Assembly (NCBI GenBank): GCA_029865985.1 | Contig: JARXAF010000151.1 | Span: 36-64,035 of the forward strand | Source: Verrucomicrobiota bacterium | GTDB lineage: Bacteria; Verrucomicrobiota; Verrucomicrobiia; Limisphaerales; UBA9464 | Reading direction: 5' to 3' | DNA length: 64,000 bases | Part shown: positions 25,618 through 35,244 of the stretch, one piece after another | Numbering within the stretch: the first letter of the stretch is position 1 | Layout: every line of letters starts with the position of its first letter | Translations under genes and position numbers: made by a program | Notes under the pieces: generated by a model | Database searches by the model: none | What the model saw: the letters and a program-made list of their open reading frames with translations, nothing else | Told to the model about the DNA's origin: nothing

Positions 25618-26958
25618 ATGCTCGACTGCTCCTCGATGGATTCATTGCCCGATTACTCCAGCCTCGGCCTTCCGACCGAACGCGATGGCCTGGAGCAGTT
25701 TGATCACCTCCAGGCCTATCGACGCCTGGGCCCCATTTACCAACTGCAGTTCCGAGGCGAGCGTCATGTGGTCATCGCCGGGATGGAGGCCAACGAGGCG
25801 GCCTGGCGCAACCCAGACCAATGGTCCTACCACGAAGCGCTGGTCCCTTTTCGTGAGATTATGGGGCCGAGCCATGTGACCCAACTGGACGGCGACCCGC
25901 ACCGACGCAAGCGGCGCAACTTGCGCAATGGGTTTGCCATGAGCGCCGTCGCTCGCCACCTGCCGGTGATCGATGCAGTCCTTCGGAAGGAATTCGCGCG
26001 GGCTTGCGGACAACCGGTCCGCTTGCACGACTTCTTCATGACGGCCCTCACCCAGGCCAACAGCAAGACCGTGCTGCACTGCGAACTCAATACCGAGGCG
26101 CTGGCGCACTTCATCGCTTTCGAAGAGGAGTTCATCTCGGGCACCATTTTGGGGGAAGCTCGCCATGGCCATTACGCGCGACCGTCGTTCGTGGCCCATC
26201 GGGAGTTCGTTTTCGGATTTCTGCGGGAACTGGTCTCCGGGCGGCTCGCCGGTGAAACTCAACCCGACAGCTTCCAAGACATGATCAACGATCGCCGGGA
26301 ACGTGGCGAACCGGTCGAACTCGACGAACTCATTCCAGAAGCCTACTTGCTGCTGATGGCCGGCACCGGCAACACGGCGAAGATGCTCAACTGCGGCCTG
26401 CAACACCTGCTGGCCAACCCGAGCTGGCTCGGATTGCTGGAAGAAGAACTGTCCGGCTACCGGGTGGATCAATTCATGGCGGGGATGGGTGCCTTTCCCC
26501 GGCTCAAGGCCACGCTCATGGAAATGGAACGCATGTTCCCCGCCGCGCCGGTCCTTTCGCGGGTGGTGGAAATCCCCTTCCAGTTCTCCGGATTCGAACT
26601 GCCTCGCGGAACCCGGGTTCTACACCTGCAGACGCTCCCGCATTTCCTCGAGGAGGTGTATGACGAGCCTTATCGATTCGATCCCTCTCGTTGGATCGAT
26701 CGTGAATACCCCAAGAAGGCCCACGGCACCTTCGGCGGCAGCACCCACATCTGCCTCGGCATGAACCTGGTCCGCATCCACTCTCCGGTGGCCATCGCCA
26801 ACCTGCTCCGCGATTACCGAGTGAGCCTGGGTGGCGACCCCGATATCGTCGTAAACCTCAATTACGGTGTACCCCAAACCGCCCACCTCACGGCCCATTG
26901 GACCCGTCGCATTCTGACCAACCCCTTGGCCGCTCCTGCACCGGTTGCCCAAACTTAG
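25618..26958 (+). CDS. cytochrome P450
   Basis: 446 aa. I-helix LMAGTGNTA, ExxR in EMERMFP, heme-thiolate loop FGGSTHICLGMNL (26731-26760). Confidence 0.85.
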   Translation: MLDCSSMDSLPDYSSLGLPTERDGLEQFDHLQAYRRLGPIYQLQFRGERHVVIAGMEANEAAWRNPDQWSYHEALVPFREIMGPSHVTQLDGDPHRRKRRNLRNGFAMSAVARHLPVIDAVLRKEFARACGQPVRLHDFFMTALTQANSKTVLHCELNTEALAHFIAFEEEFISGTILGEARHGHYARPSFVAHREFVFGFLRELVSGRLAGETQPDSFQDMINDRRERGEPVELDELIPEAYLLLMAGTGNTAKMLNCGLQHLLANPSWLGLLEEELSGYRVDQFMAGMGAFPRLKATLMEMERMFPAAPVLSRVVEIPFQFSGFELPRGTRVLHLQTLPHFLEEVYDEPYRFDPSRWIDREYPKKAHGTFGGSTHICLGMNLVRIHSPVAIANLLRDYRVSLGGDPDIVVNLNYGVPQTAHLTAHWTRRILTNPLAAPAPVAQT

Positions 26959-26960
26959 CC

Positions 26961-28049
26961 ATGGGCCATCCTTCCCACCTTCCGAACTCCATGCGCATTC
27001 CTCATTACACTGCCTCCGCCGATTTCACCCGCTTCGTCCGGTCGTTGCCCAAGACCGAAACCCATTTGCATCTCGAAGGTTCCACCCCCATCGAACTGCT
27101 TCGGGATCTGGAGCCGGAACGCTACACGAATCCGCCGCCGTTCTGGCAGCCGGATTTCAGATACGAGAGCTTCGACCAGTTCATGGCCTTGTACGATGAG
27201 TACTGCATGAACTTCTACCAGTCGGCCCAGCGTTATCATGATGCGGCCAAGATCGTTCTGGCCACGTGTGCCGAACAAGGCACGCGGTACGTGGAAACCA
27301 GCATCCACCTGCCCGGGTTGGCCGCGGTGAAAGACTCCGGCCCGGAGGTGCTGGCCGCGATCCGCGAAGCCGCACCTCCCGGACTGGAACTGCGGATTTT
27401 CGCTGGCATGTGCCACAACGACTACGCCGCCCATGGTTCGCTCATCGAGGCGGCGCTCGGCTGGGACGACCTAGCGGGTATCGATTTGCACGGGCCTGAA
27501 TACTGGCGGATGGAAACCTGGAGCATCGACATTTGGCGGCGCGCACAAGCGGCCGGCAAGATGACCAAGGCCCACGCGGGCGAGTTCATGCCGGCCCCCT
27601 TCGTACGCTGGATCCTCGACAACCTCGGCGTCCGACGCATCGAGCACGGAGTGAGGTCGGTGGAAGATCCGGAGTTGGTCCGTCACCTCGCCCGCGAACG
27701 CATCACCTTGGACGTGTGCCCGATCAGCAATGTGAAACTGGCTGTCCAGGGAGTCACCTCCATGGCCGAGCATCCCATCCGGGCATTCTTCGATGCGGGA
27801 GTACCGGTGACCATCAACTCCGACGACACCTTCTTCTTCGGCAACCGGCTCGAGGAAGAGTATTTCGCGCTGAATCAGGAACTCGGATTCTCAAAGGCCG
27901 AGCTGGCCCGCATCGCTCTCAATGGCATTGAGATCGCCCTGCTGAGTCCGGAGAAAAAGCAGGCCCTCGTGGCCGAATGGCGGGATTTCGTGGTCGCAGA
28001 GAATTTGGATCTCGCCGTGGCCGAAGGATCAAACCGCTTCGTGGGATGA
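26961..28049 (+). CDS. adenosine/adenine-deaminase-family amidohydrolase
   Basis: ATG at 26961, 2 nt after the P450 stop. KTETHLHLEGS, KAHAGEF, RIEHGVR and TINSDD correspond to the ADA metal and catalytic motifs (HxH, HAGE, H, SDD/TDD). Confidence 0.8.
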   Translation: MGHPSHLPNSMRIPHYTASADFTRFVRSLPKTETHLHLEGSTPIELLRDLEPERYTNPPPFWQPDFRYESFDQFMALYDEYCMNFYQSAQRYHDAAKIVLATCAEQGTRYVETSIHLPGLAAVKDSGPEVLAAIREAAPPGLELRIFAGMCHNDYAAHGSLIEAALGWDDLAGIDLHGPEYWRMETWSIDIWRRAQAAGKMTKAHAGEFMPAPFVRWILDNLGVRRIEHGVRSVEDPELVRHLARERITLDVCPISNVKLAVQGVTSMAEHPIRAFFDAGVPVTINSDDTFFFGNRLEEEYFALNQELGFSKAELARIALNGIEIALLSPEKKQALVAEWRDFVVAENLDLAVAEGSNRFVG

Positions 28050-29612
28050 TTTCTCCATGAACACCGGCACCGCGAGCATGACTGCCGACATGGATAGGTA
28101 ACCGATCACCCATTTCCAGCCCGGTTTGAGAACCCCGACGATGTCGGCGGTGATGAAACCGAAGCTGTGAATGAAACCCAGGCCCGCCAAAAACGCCCCG
28201 GCCGCGAACCACACGGCTGCCTGACGGAATTTCTGATCGATAATGCACACGGTGGCCGCGGACAGGATGAGGCAACTGAGGAAATAACCCTGCTCGAGGG
28301 CGAACATGCCCTCCGCATGGAAGCTGCGGGCCTTGAGGATGCGATCGAGCAATTCCTGTCGGAACGGGTTGCCCGGAGTCCCCACACCCACTCCGGACAT
28401 GACGTTCTTGGCCACCAGCGCGCAGTAACCAGCGATGGCCGGGAACAGTCCGACGATCACCGCGGGAATGTGCCGCCGCGGGATGGCGTCCATGGCCTGG
28501 GTACCCATGGAAATACCGATCCAAATGAGGATGGCCATGCCGGCTTCCACCGGGATGGACCAAGCCAGGAGGCTGAGCGATCCCGTCAGGCACACGAGGG
28601 TCACGAAGATGGCATTGAGGGTCGAATAACCAGCCCGCGAACCAATGGCCTTCCAACCGGGATGGCCGATGTAAAGGGTCGTGGGATACGGTGAACCGAA
28701 GACCGCCGAGATCAACGTCCCGATGCCGTTGATCAACAGGGACGGCTTCGTCTCGTAGCAATCGCCCGCCGCCTCGGCCGATCCGAGCACTTGCATGGAT
28801 CCCACCACATTCACCACGCCCATGGGCAGGATGATGCTGAAGAAGGGCAACAAGTATGGCAGACTGTCCCGGAGTGCCTGAAAGGCCGGTGTCGGCAAGT
28901 GCAACCCCAAGTGACTCAAGTTCAACGGATAGGCCGGTGCCGGTGAGGGTAAACCAGCCCAGTTCAACCCCCAGGCTCCCAGAGTTCCGAGCGCAACGAT
29001 CACCAGTCCGCCCGGAATGCCGCCCTTGAATCGGTATCCCCCATAGTAAACCACCAACGCGATAGCCAAGGTTCCCATGCCGATGAGCGGATAAACCCAG
29101 GCCCGGAACAGGAAATCCATGGCGATGAAGAACACACCGATGCCTGCCAATGCGGCCAACAGGGCCGCCAGAGGCGTGACCCGCCGCAAGTGATGGAGGA
29201 AAAACGAACCCGCAAACTCGATGAGTCCGGAGCCTACGCAGGCGGCGATTCCGGCCAACCAAGCAACCTCGTCGGCCTTCGGCTTGGGCAGGCCTTGGGC
29301 CAGGGCCATTTGCTGCGCGGGGTACATCACCAGCAACGAATAGATGATCACCGTGACCAGGTTGAACCCATACGGGAGCGCGCACACGTCGTCTCGCCCC
29401 TCGCGGGCCGCCAAGCGCAAGGCCTGACGGGCATACATCAAATTGCCAAAAACCAATCCCACTGCGGAAGCTGGCAGGATACGGCCGAAATACAGCTCCG
29501 GAGAAAACCCGAGCAACCCCAGACAGAAACCGGTCATCAGCAATAAGTTCACCAAGCTGTCGAGGCCTAGGGCGAAGAAGCCGTCCAGGTCGCCTTTGAC
29601 AAAGGGTTTCAT
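28029..29612 (-). CDS. AzgA/NCS2-like purine (adenine/guanine/hypoxanthine-type) permease
   Basis: ORF 28029..30104, with a plausible start at ATG 29612 (MKPFVKGDLDGFFALGLDSLVNLL). An upstream ATG near 29687 is possible. Polytopic hydrophobic protein. It overlaps the deaminase gene convergently by 21 nt. Confidence 0.75.
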   Translation of the reverse strand: MKPFVKGDLDGFFALGLDSLVNLLLMTGFCLGLLGFSPELYFGRILPASAVGLVFGNLMYARQALRLAAREGRDDVCALPYGFNLVTVIIYSLLVMYPAQQMALAQGLPKPKADEVAWLAGIAACVGSGLIEFAGSFFLHHLRRVTPLAALLAALAGIGVFFIAMDFLFRAWVYPLIGMGTLAIALVVYYGGYRFKGGIPGGLVIVALGTLGAWGLNWAGLPSPAPAYPLNLSHLGLHLPTPAFQALRDSLPYLLPFFSIILPMGVVNVVGSMQVLGSAEAAGDCYETKPSLLINGIGTLISAVFGSPYPTTLYIGHPGWKAIGSRAGYSTLNAIFVTLVCLTGSLSLLAWSIPVEAGMAILIWIGISMGTQAMDAIPRRHIPAVIVGLFPAIAGYCALVAKNVMSGVGVGTPGNPFRQELLDRILKARSFHAEGMFALEQGYFLSCLILSAATVCIIDQKFRQAAVWFAAGAFLAGLGFIHSFGFITADIVGVLKPGWKWVIGYLSMSAVMLAVPVFMEKSSHEAV

Positions 29613-29916
29613 CGGGGGTGTTTGGGGATCGGAACCAAGCTCGTCGGCAGGGTCAAAACCGACGCTCATCCCGGGAGCAATTGACATGCCGCTTGCCCGG
29701 CCACGCCCGATCCCGCAGTCATCCCGAATGGATTGAGTATCTGCACGATAGCCGCATACACTCCTCTCATCGCAGTCGAACCCGCCAGGCCGCTGCGCGC
29801 AGTATCCCGGACAGATCGAGCCCGGATGGTACCGACCATCGTGGATATTTTCTGACTCACAGCGCCCGCCCGACGGCGTCTTGTGATGTGAGGAATCGGA
29901 GTCTAGCGTTTGCTTC

Positions 29917-32900
29917 ATGCACCTCCGTGGATGGATCGCGGGCCTTGTCGTGGCGTTGATCTGCCTCTTCCAAGCCTCCGCGCAAGACGCCCGGTTCATC
30001 CGCCTGCGCAATGCCACGGTCACGACCCCACCGGCACCCGATGCCAAAGCGCGGTCCGCAGCGGTCAGCGCCAACAAACCACCCGTCTCAGGTCTTTTTC
30101 TCATCCAACTGGAGGGGCCTCTCTCAGCGGATCAACGCGACACCCTTCAAGCGAAACGACTGGCCCTTCTAAACCCCATTCCGGATCACGCCTATGTTTG
30201 CCACCTCGACACCGCATCGGCTGCCGAGATCCGGGCCATCCCCTTCGTACGTTGGCTCGGGGAATACCGGCCCGAGTGGCGCTTGGACCGTCGACTGACC
30301 GCGGCTATGGCCGAACAGCCCAATGTGCCCCGGGAAATCCGCCTCATGCTGCGCCCACAGACACCACCGGGAGTCTTGATAGCGGCCCTACGTCAGTTCA
30401 GCGGATCGGTGCACCGGACCGAGACAACCTTCGGCATTTTCATCGGGGGCAAGACCACCCCGCGCCGCATCTTGGAATTGGCTCGATCGGAGTCCGTGCT
30501 GTGGATGGAACCGGCCGGTCGCATGAAGTTGGTGGACGAAATCGCCACGGAAATCCTGATGGGCGACGACGGGGCTCCGGGAAAGCAGGCCGAAGTCCAA
30601 CGCCTCGGTTTCGATGGGCGCGGGGTCACAGTGGCCGTCGCCGATTCCGGCCTGGACACGGGCGAGGCCGAGACGATGCACCGCGACTTGCAAGGCCGGG
30701 TCGACGCCTTCTTTGCCTACGGCGGCCTTGAAGACGCTTCCGACGAGCACAGTCACGGCACACACTGCGCGGGCATCGTGGCCGGCAGCGGCGCCATCGG
30801 AACCAAGGATGACAACGGTTACCTCTGGGGATTGGGCGTGGCTCCCGGGGCTCATCTGGTGGCCCAGCGCATGTTCGATGGAGCCGGCGACTACTTCGCT
30901 CCACCCAGTTACGAGACGTTGACACGGGACGCTGTGAGCAGTGGCGCCTACGTCGGATCCAACTCCTGGGGTGACGACACTCAAGGACGCTACGACCTGA
31001 GCGCCGCAGAATTTGACGCCCTGGTGCGAGACGCCGATGCCCGGACCCCAGGAGAACAGCCTTACATTCTCGAATTCAGCGCCGGCAATTCGGGTCCGGG
31101 CGAGCAAACCATCGGTTCCCCGGCCGTCGCCAAAAACGTCATCGCGACGGCGGCCTGCCAAAACGACCGGTTCGACCTGGCCCTCTACGCTGAAGGAGCC
31201 GAGACCATGGCGGATTTCTCCAGCCGCGGCCCCGCGGAAGACGGCCGCATCAAACCCGACATCACTGCTCCCGGCACCTGGATCGCCTCGCTGAAAAGTC
31301 AAATAGCCAGCGACGCCAACGCCTGGCTGGGTATCGACGAGAACTACCTGTTCCAGGGCGGCACATCGCAGGCCGGCCCGCACGTGAGCGGTGCCTGCGC
31401 CGTGTTCGTGCAATGGTACCGGGAGACTCAAGGCGGACTGACTCCGTCACCCGCCTTGGTGAAAGCCGCGCTCATCAATTCGGCCGTGGACATGACTTCC
31501 GCCGAAGTGCCCGTGGACACCGATGACGAGGAAGCCGGGACCATGCTGGTGGTCGGCGGCACGCCTCCGGTTCCCAATGGCGACGAAGGATGGGGGCGTT
31601 GCGATTTGGCCGCGTTGATCGCCGGAGAACGCCGCTTCAATTTCACCGATCAAGGCATCGGCCTGAAAACCGGGACCCTCTCGGAAAAGAGGATCGTCGT
31701 GGGAGCCGATGACGCGCTCAAAGTGACCCTGACTTACACCGATGTCCCCGGACTACCCGCGGCCATCCCCGCCTTGGTCAACGACCTCGACCTGGAGGTG
31801 ATTTCTCCCGATGGGCGTGTCTTCCGTGGCAATGCCTTCCTCGACGGTGAATCCGTGGCCGACACCGCCGAAGGGGATCGCATCAACAATGTCGAGGGGG
31901 TGTTGATCAGCAACCCCACTGCGGGCGAATGGGTTCTCCGCATCCGGGCACAACGGGTGATCCAAGATGTCCACGGGCGAACCAATACCGCTCCCGAACA
32001 AGACTTCGCCCTCGTGGTTTCAGGTCAAATTCCGTTCCCCGGCGAAGGCGTGGTTTCTTGGGACAAGGAAACCTATCCGGCCCCATCCATCGCCCAGCTT
32101 CGATTGGTGGACACCGATTTGCGCAATCAGGCGAGTGCCTCGGTCACCGTGACCTCCGATTCACAACCGGCCCCGCTGACCCTCACCCTCCTGCGCAGCG
32201 GAACGGGAGGAACCTTCACGGGAGCCGTGTCACTGGTCACCTCGCCCAAGGCCGGCAGCCTGACGGTGGCCAACGGTGACACGTTGTCCCTCTCCTACTC
32301 GGATGCCTCGCCAGCAGGCCTCCGCACCCGGACCGCCACCATCGACTTGGATCCGCCAGGCATCGATTCGGTGCGGGCCGTCCAGCGCTTCGGTCGGACG
32401 AGCCTGCGTTTCAACGCCAGCGAACCCGTGCGATCAGTGGCCATGGTCAACCCGGTCAACGGCCCGGCCTTCACCGTAACCAACGCCTCCCTGCGAACCT
32501 CGCCCGAGCTCTTCCTGCCCGAATTGGTGCCCGACCAAGTTTACCGCTACTTCATCGTGGCAACCGATGGCGCGGGCAACGTGCGCACCAACGACAACGC
32601 GGGACGGTACTACTTCTTCACCGCAACCCGGCCAGCCAAGGCCCTTCTGCTGTACTCCCCGGAGTCCACCTTTGAGCAACTGAACCTCCCCTTCCCCGGG
32701 ATCGAACATTGGACCCAACCCCTCGACTCCCTTGGCATCGATTACGAATTCTGGAACTTCGCCGAAACCAACACAGTCCCCTCCGCGGCCTTGCTCTCCG
32801 GATACCGTATCGTGATCTGGAGGCCCGAGGATCTGGCGACGTTGCCGGCGGGTTTGGCTAACGGGCTCTCGTCTTATGTGGCCGGTGGTGGAGCGCTCTT

Positions 32901-35094
32901 CGTGGCCTCCTCCGAGGTCTTGAGTCGCCTGTCGCCCGCGGAGCAATCCTTCCGCACCAATGTTCTGCACGTGGCCGACTTCACCGAGGATGTCGGCGCC
33001 ACGATCGCCAACGGCGTCCATGGCGATCCCATCAGCAACGGCCTAGCCATCGGCCTCGATTATCAGGAGTTTCCCGATCTGGGATCGTTGCTCGATTTTT
33101 CCACCTTTCCGGATGCCCTGCGTCCCACTGCGGATGCGGCGACTATCCTGACCCAGGATGAAGGCCGGATCATCGGCCTGCGCTACCCGCGCACCGGCAA
33201 CGACAGCCAAGGTCGCGTGGTCTTCTTGTCCATCCCCTGGGAGTCCATCCCGACGGACGCGGAGGCTCCGGACAACAAGGTCACCCTTCTTGGCCGAGCC
33301 TTGGATTTCCTGGTGCCCGGATTGCGAGGAGGTTCGAGTGTGACCTTCCACCAACCGGCCTACACGCTGCCCTCGGCCGCTATGATCGAGGTGAACGACG
33401 CGGCTCGCTCCGGCCAGAAACGAGTCACCTTACAAATCACCAGCTCCACCGATCCGAAGGGGTTGGAACTGCCACTGGTGGAAACCCCATTGAAGGGCGT
33501 TTTTCGGGGTCGGGTCACTCTCGGCAGCGCCGCGACCGACACCAACTCCGCGCGCCTCCGTTGCGCCCAGGGTGATGTGCTCACGGCGGCGTATAACAAC
33601 GCCTCGGGCATCGCTTTGTCCGCCGAGGTGATCATCGACACAGTTCTACCGGTGATCAGCGGAGTGGCGACCGATCCTGCCTACAATGAAGCGGTGATCA
33701 CCTGGAACACCGACAAACCGACCGACACGCTGGTGCGATTCGGCGAGAGCGGCGGCGACGACACACTCCTCACCCGAACGGCTTATTCGGCGGACTTGAC
33801 CACCGAACACGAAATCCAGATCTCGGGCCTGCAACCCGACCGGGACTACTACTTCCTGCCGGTCAGTCAAGATGAGGCAGGCAACACGGCAACGGCACGC
33901 TTGGCCGGACGATCATTCCGCCTGCGCACGCTCCGACCGCTGGACGCCCCATGGAAAGACTCCCTGGAGAAGGGGCGTTCCGGATGGGCCACCTTCGACG
34001 ACGACGCCTTCGATGAGGAGACGGGCCAAAACCTGCTCAACACCACCTGGCAGTTCGGGACTCCATCCAACCGCCATGGCATTCAGGCCCATAGCGGAAC
34101 CCACTGCTGGGCCACAAATCTCGAAGGTCAACCGGTCGATACAGCCATCGCCGACCTGCTCAGTCCGGCCATTGATTTACGAGGCGGCAACTCCGCCCGC
34201 CTGAAGTTCCGCACCTGGTACGACACCACCGAACGGAGCGACCTGCTGGACTTTGAATTGTGCCAGGTGGCCATCAGCACGAACAACGGAGCGCAATGGA
34301 GTGACTTGGCGGGTTTTGGTTATGGCGATGTTTCAGCGGATTGGGAAGAGGTGGATGTCGACATCAGCCGCTTCACGGGGCACGTCGTCCGCATCCGTTT
34401 CAACTACCAGTTGATAAGCTTCGAGACGACCGATCGTCCCGGATGGTTTGTGGACGACCTGGAGATTTCACTCACCCAGAATCAGCCCTCGTCATTCTCC
34501 ATCACCAACAACTTGTCGCAGGCCAGCTTCAGCATCCGCGGCCCCACGAATTTCGGAACGGTCATCGGATCCGGCCGATGGTTCAATGTGTCCAATGCGG
34601 TCCCCGGCGAGTACGTGGTGCGCTGGTCTCCCGTGGAGCATTATCTCACACCGCCCGCGGTGACCCACCAAGTGGGTACCAATGTGCTGGTACTGGCCGG
34701 TCGCTACGAATTCCCCGATTCCAACACCAACGGAATCTCGGACCTTTGGGAAAAAAACTTTTTCGGCCGGATTCTCGGAGCCGATTCCGCTCCGGGCACC
34801 GATTCCGACGAAGATGGATTCTCGAACTTCGCCGAATTCCAGGCCGGAACCGCACCCAATGACCCAGCCTCCAGCCTCCGGCTGAACCTGCCCTCAGGCG
34901 GAGTCAACGCACCGATCCTGGTCTCTTGGCCCAGCACCCCTCTTCGGGAATACTCGCTGGAAATCAGCGACGATCTTCAACGTTGGACCATCGCCAGTGA
35001 TCCCCGTCGCGGAACAGGGGGCCTGCTCACCAACACCATCCCGGCACTGCTGGGGCGAGGCGGCTATTACTTCCGGGTACGCGTCCAACCCTGA
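29917..35094 (+). CDS. giant secreted subtilisin-like (S8) serine protease with multiple beta-sandwich domains
   Basis: 1725 aa with signal peptide MHLRGWIAGLVVALICLFQASA. Catalytic triad blocks VAVADSGLDTG, HGTHCAGIVAG, GGTSQAGPHVSG. TSP3-like DSDEDGFSNFAEFQAGTAPNDP near the C-terminus. Confidence 0.9.
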   Translation: MHLRGWIAGLVVALICLFQASAQDARFIRLRNATVTTPPAPDAKARSAAVSANKPPVSGLFLIQLEGPLSADQRDTLQAKRLALLNPIPDHAYVCHLDTASAAEIRAIPFVRWLGEYRPEWRLDRRLTAAMAEQPNVPREIRLMLRPQTPPGVLIAALRQFSGSVHRTETTFGIFIGGKTTPRRILELARSESVLWMEPAGRMKLVDEIATEILMGDDGAPGKQAEVQRLGFDGRGVTVAVADSGLDTGEAETMHRDLQGRVDAFFAYGGLEDASDEHSHGTHCAGIVAGSGAIGTKDDNGYLWGLGVAPGAHLVAQRMFDGAGDYFAPPSYETLTRDAVSSGAYVGSNSWGDDTQGRYDLSAAEFDALVRDADARTPGEQPYILEFSAGNSGPGEQTIGSPAVAKNVIATAACQNDRFDLALYAEGAETMADFSSRGPAEDGRIKPDITAPGTWIASLKSQIASDANAWLGIDENYLFQGGTSQAGPHVSGACAVFVQWYRETQGGLTPSPALVKAALINSAVDMTSAEVPVDTDDEEAGTMLVVGGTPPVPNGDEGWGRCDLAALIAGERRFNFTDQGIGLKTGTLSEKRIVVGADDALKVTLTYTDVPGLPAAIPALVNDLDLEVISPDGRVFRGNAFLDGESVADTAEGDRINNVEGVLISNPTAGEWVLRIRAQRVIQDVHGRTNTAPEQDFALVVSGQIPFPGEGVVSWDKETYPAPSIAQLRLVDTDLRNQASASVTVTSDSQPAPLTLTLLRSGTGGTFTGAVSLVTSPKAGSLTVANGDTLSLSYSDASPAGLRTRTATIDLDPPGIDSVRAVQRFGRTSLRFNASEPVRSVAMVNPVNGPAFTVTNASLRTSPELFLPELVPDQVYRYFIVATDGAGNVRTNDNAGRYYFFTATRPAKALLLYSPESTFEQLNLPFPGIEHWTQPLDSLGIDYEFWNFAETNTVPSAALLSGYRIVIWRPEDLATLPAGLANGLSSYVAGGGALFVASSEVLSRLSPAEQSFRTNVLHVADFTEDVGATIANGVHGDPISNGLAIGLDYQEFPDLGSLLDFSTFPDALRPTADAATILTQDEGRIIGLRYPRTGNDSQGRVVFLSIPWESIPTDAEAPDNKVTLLGRALDFLVPGLRGGSSVTFHQPAYTLPSAAMIEVNDAARSGQKRVTLQITSSTDPKGLELPLVETPLKGVFRGRVTLGSAATDTNSARLRCAQGDVLTAAYNNASGIALSAEVIIDTVLPVISGVATDPAYNEAVITWNTDKPTDTLVRFGESGGDDTLLTRTAYSADLTTEHEIQISGLQPDRDYYFLPVSQDEAGNTATARLAGRSFRLRTLRPLDAPWKDSLEKGRSGWATFDDDAFDEETGQNLLNTTWQFGTPSNRHGIQAHSGTHCWATNLEGQPVDTAIADLLSPAIDLRGGNSARLKFRTWYDTTERSDLLDFELCQVAISTNNGAQWSDLAGFGYGDVSADWEEVDVDISRFTGHVVRIRFNYQLISFETTDRPGWFVDDLEISLTQNQPSSFSITNNLSQASFSIRGPTNFGTVIGSGRWFNVSNAVPGEYVVRWSPVEHYLTPPAVTHQVGTNVLVLAGRYEFPDSNTNGISDLWEKNFFGRILGADSAPGTDSDEDGFSNFAEFQAGTAPNDPASSLRLNLPSGGVNAPILVSWPSTPLREYSLEISDDLQRWTIASDPRRGTGGLLTNTIPALLGRGGYYFRVRVQP

Positions 35095-35102
35095 ACAAGG
35101 CA

Positions 35103-35133
35103 AGACCCCGATCCGGTGAAGGAATCGGGGTCT
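35103..35133. terminator. hairpin between convergent genes (possible bidirectional terminator)
   Basis: AGACCCCGAT (35103-35112) pairs with ATCGGGGTCT (35124-35133). There is no clear T-tract. Confidence 0.4.
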
Positions 35134-35244
35134 AAGATTGGGGCCTGAAAGGCGTCGACTCAGGCTGCAAACGAAGTCCGCCGAGGGGCCACCCGCGGAG
35201 TGATTCTTAAACCACTCCGTTCAAGGAATCTTGAAGTTCGAAGG

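Noticed and set aside
27919-29385. 488-aa alternative-frame ORF inside the permease gene, plus similar long shadow ORFs (23225..24100, 24016..24864, 25642..26472, 30388..31431, 38917..39942, 51469..52368)
   Set aside because: Each lies within or opposite a gene with clear family motifs. The translations are Arg/Gly/Pro-rich without recognisable domains.
29613-29916. Purine-responsive riboswitch in the leader of the AzgA-like permease
   Set aside because: The context (purine permease, roughly 300-nt leader) is suggestive. I could not find the conserved guanine/adenine, xanthine or ZTP riboswitch cores by eye, and part of the region may be coding if an upstream ATG is used.
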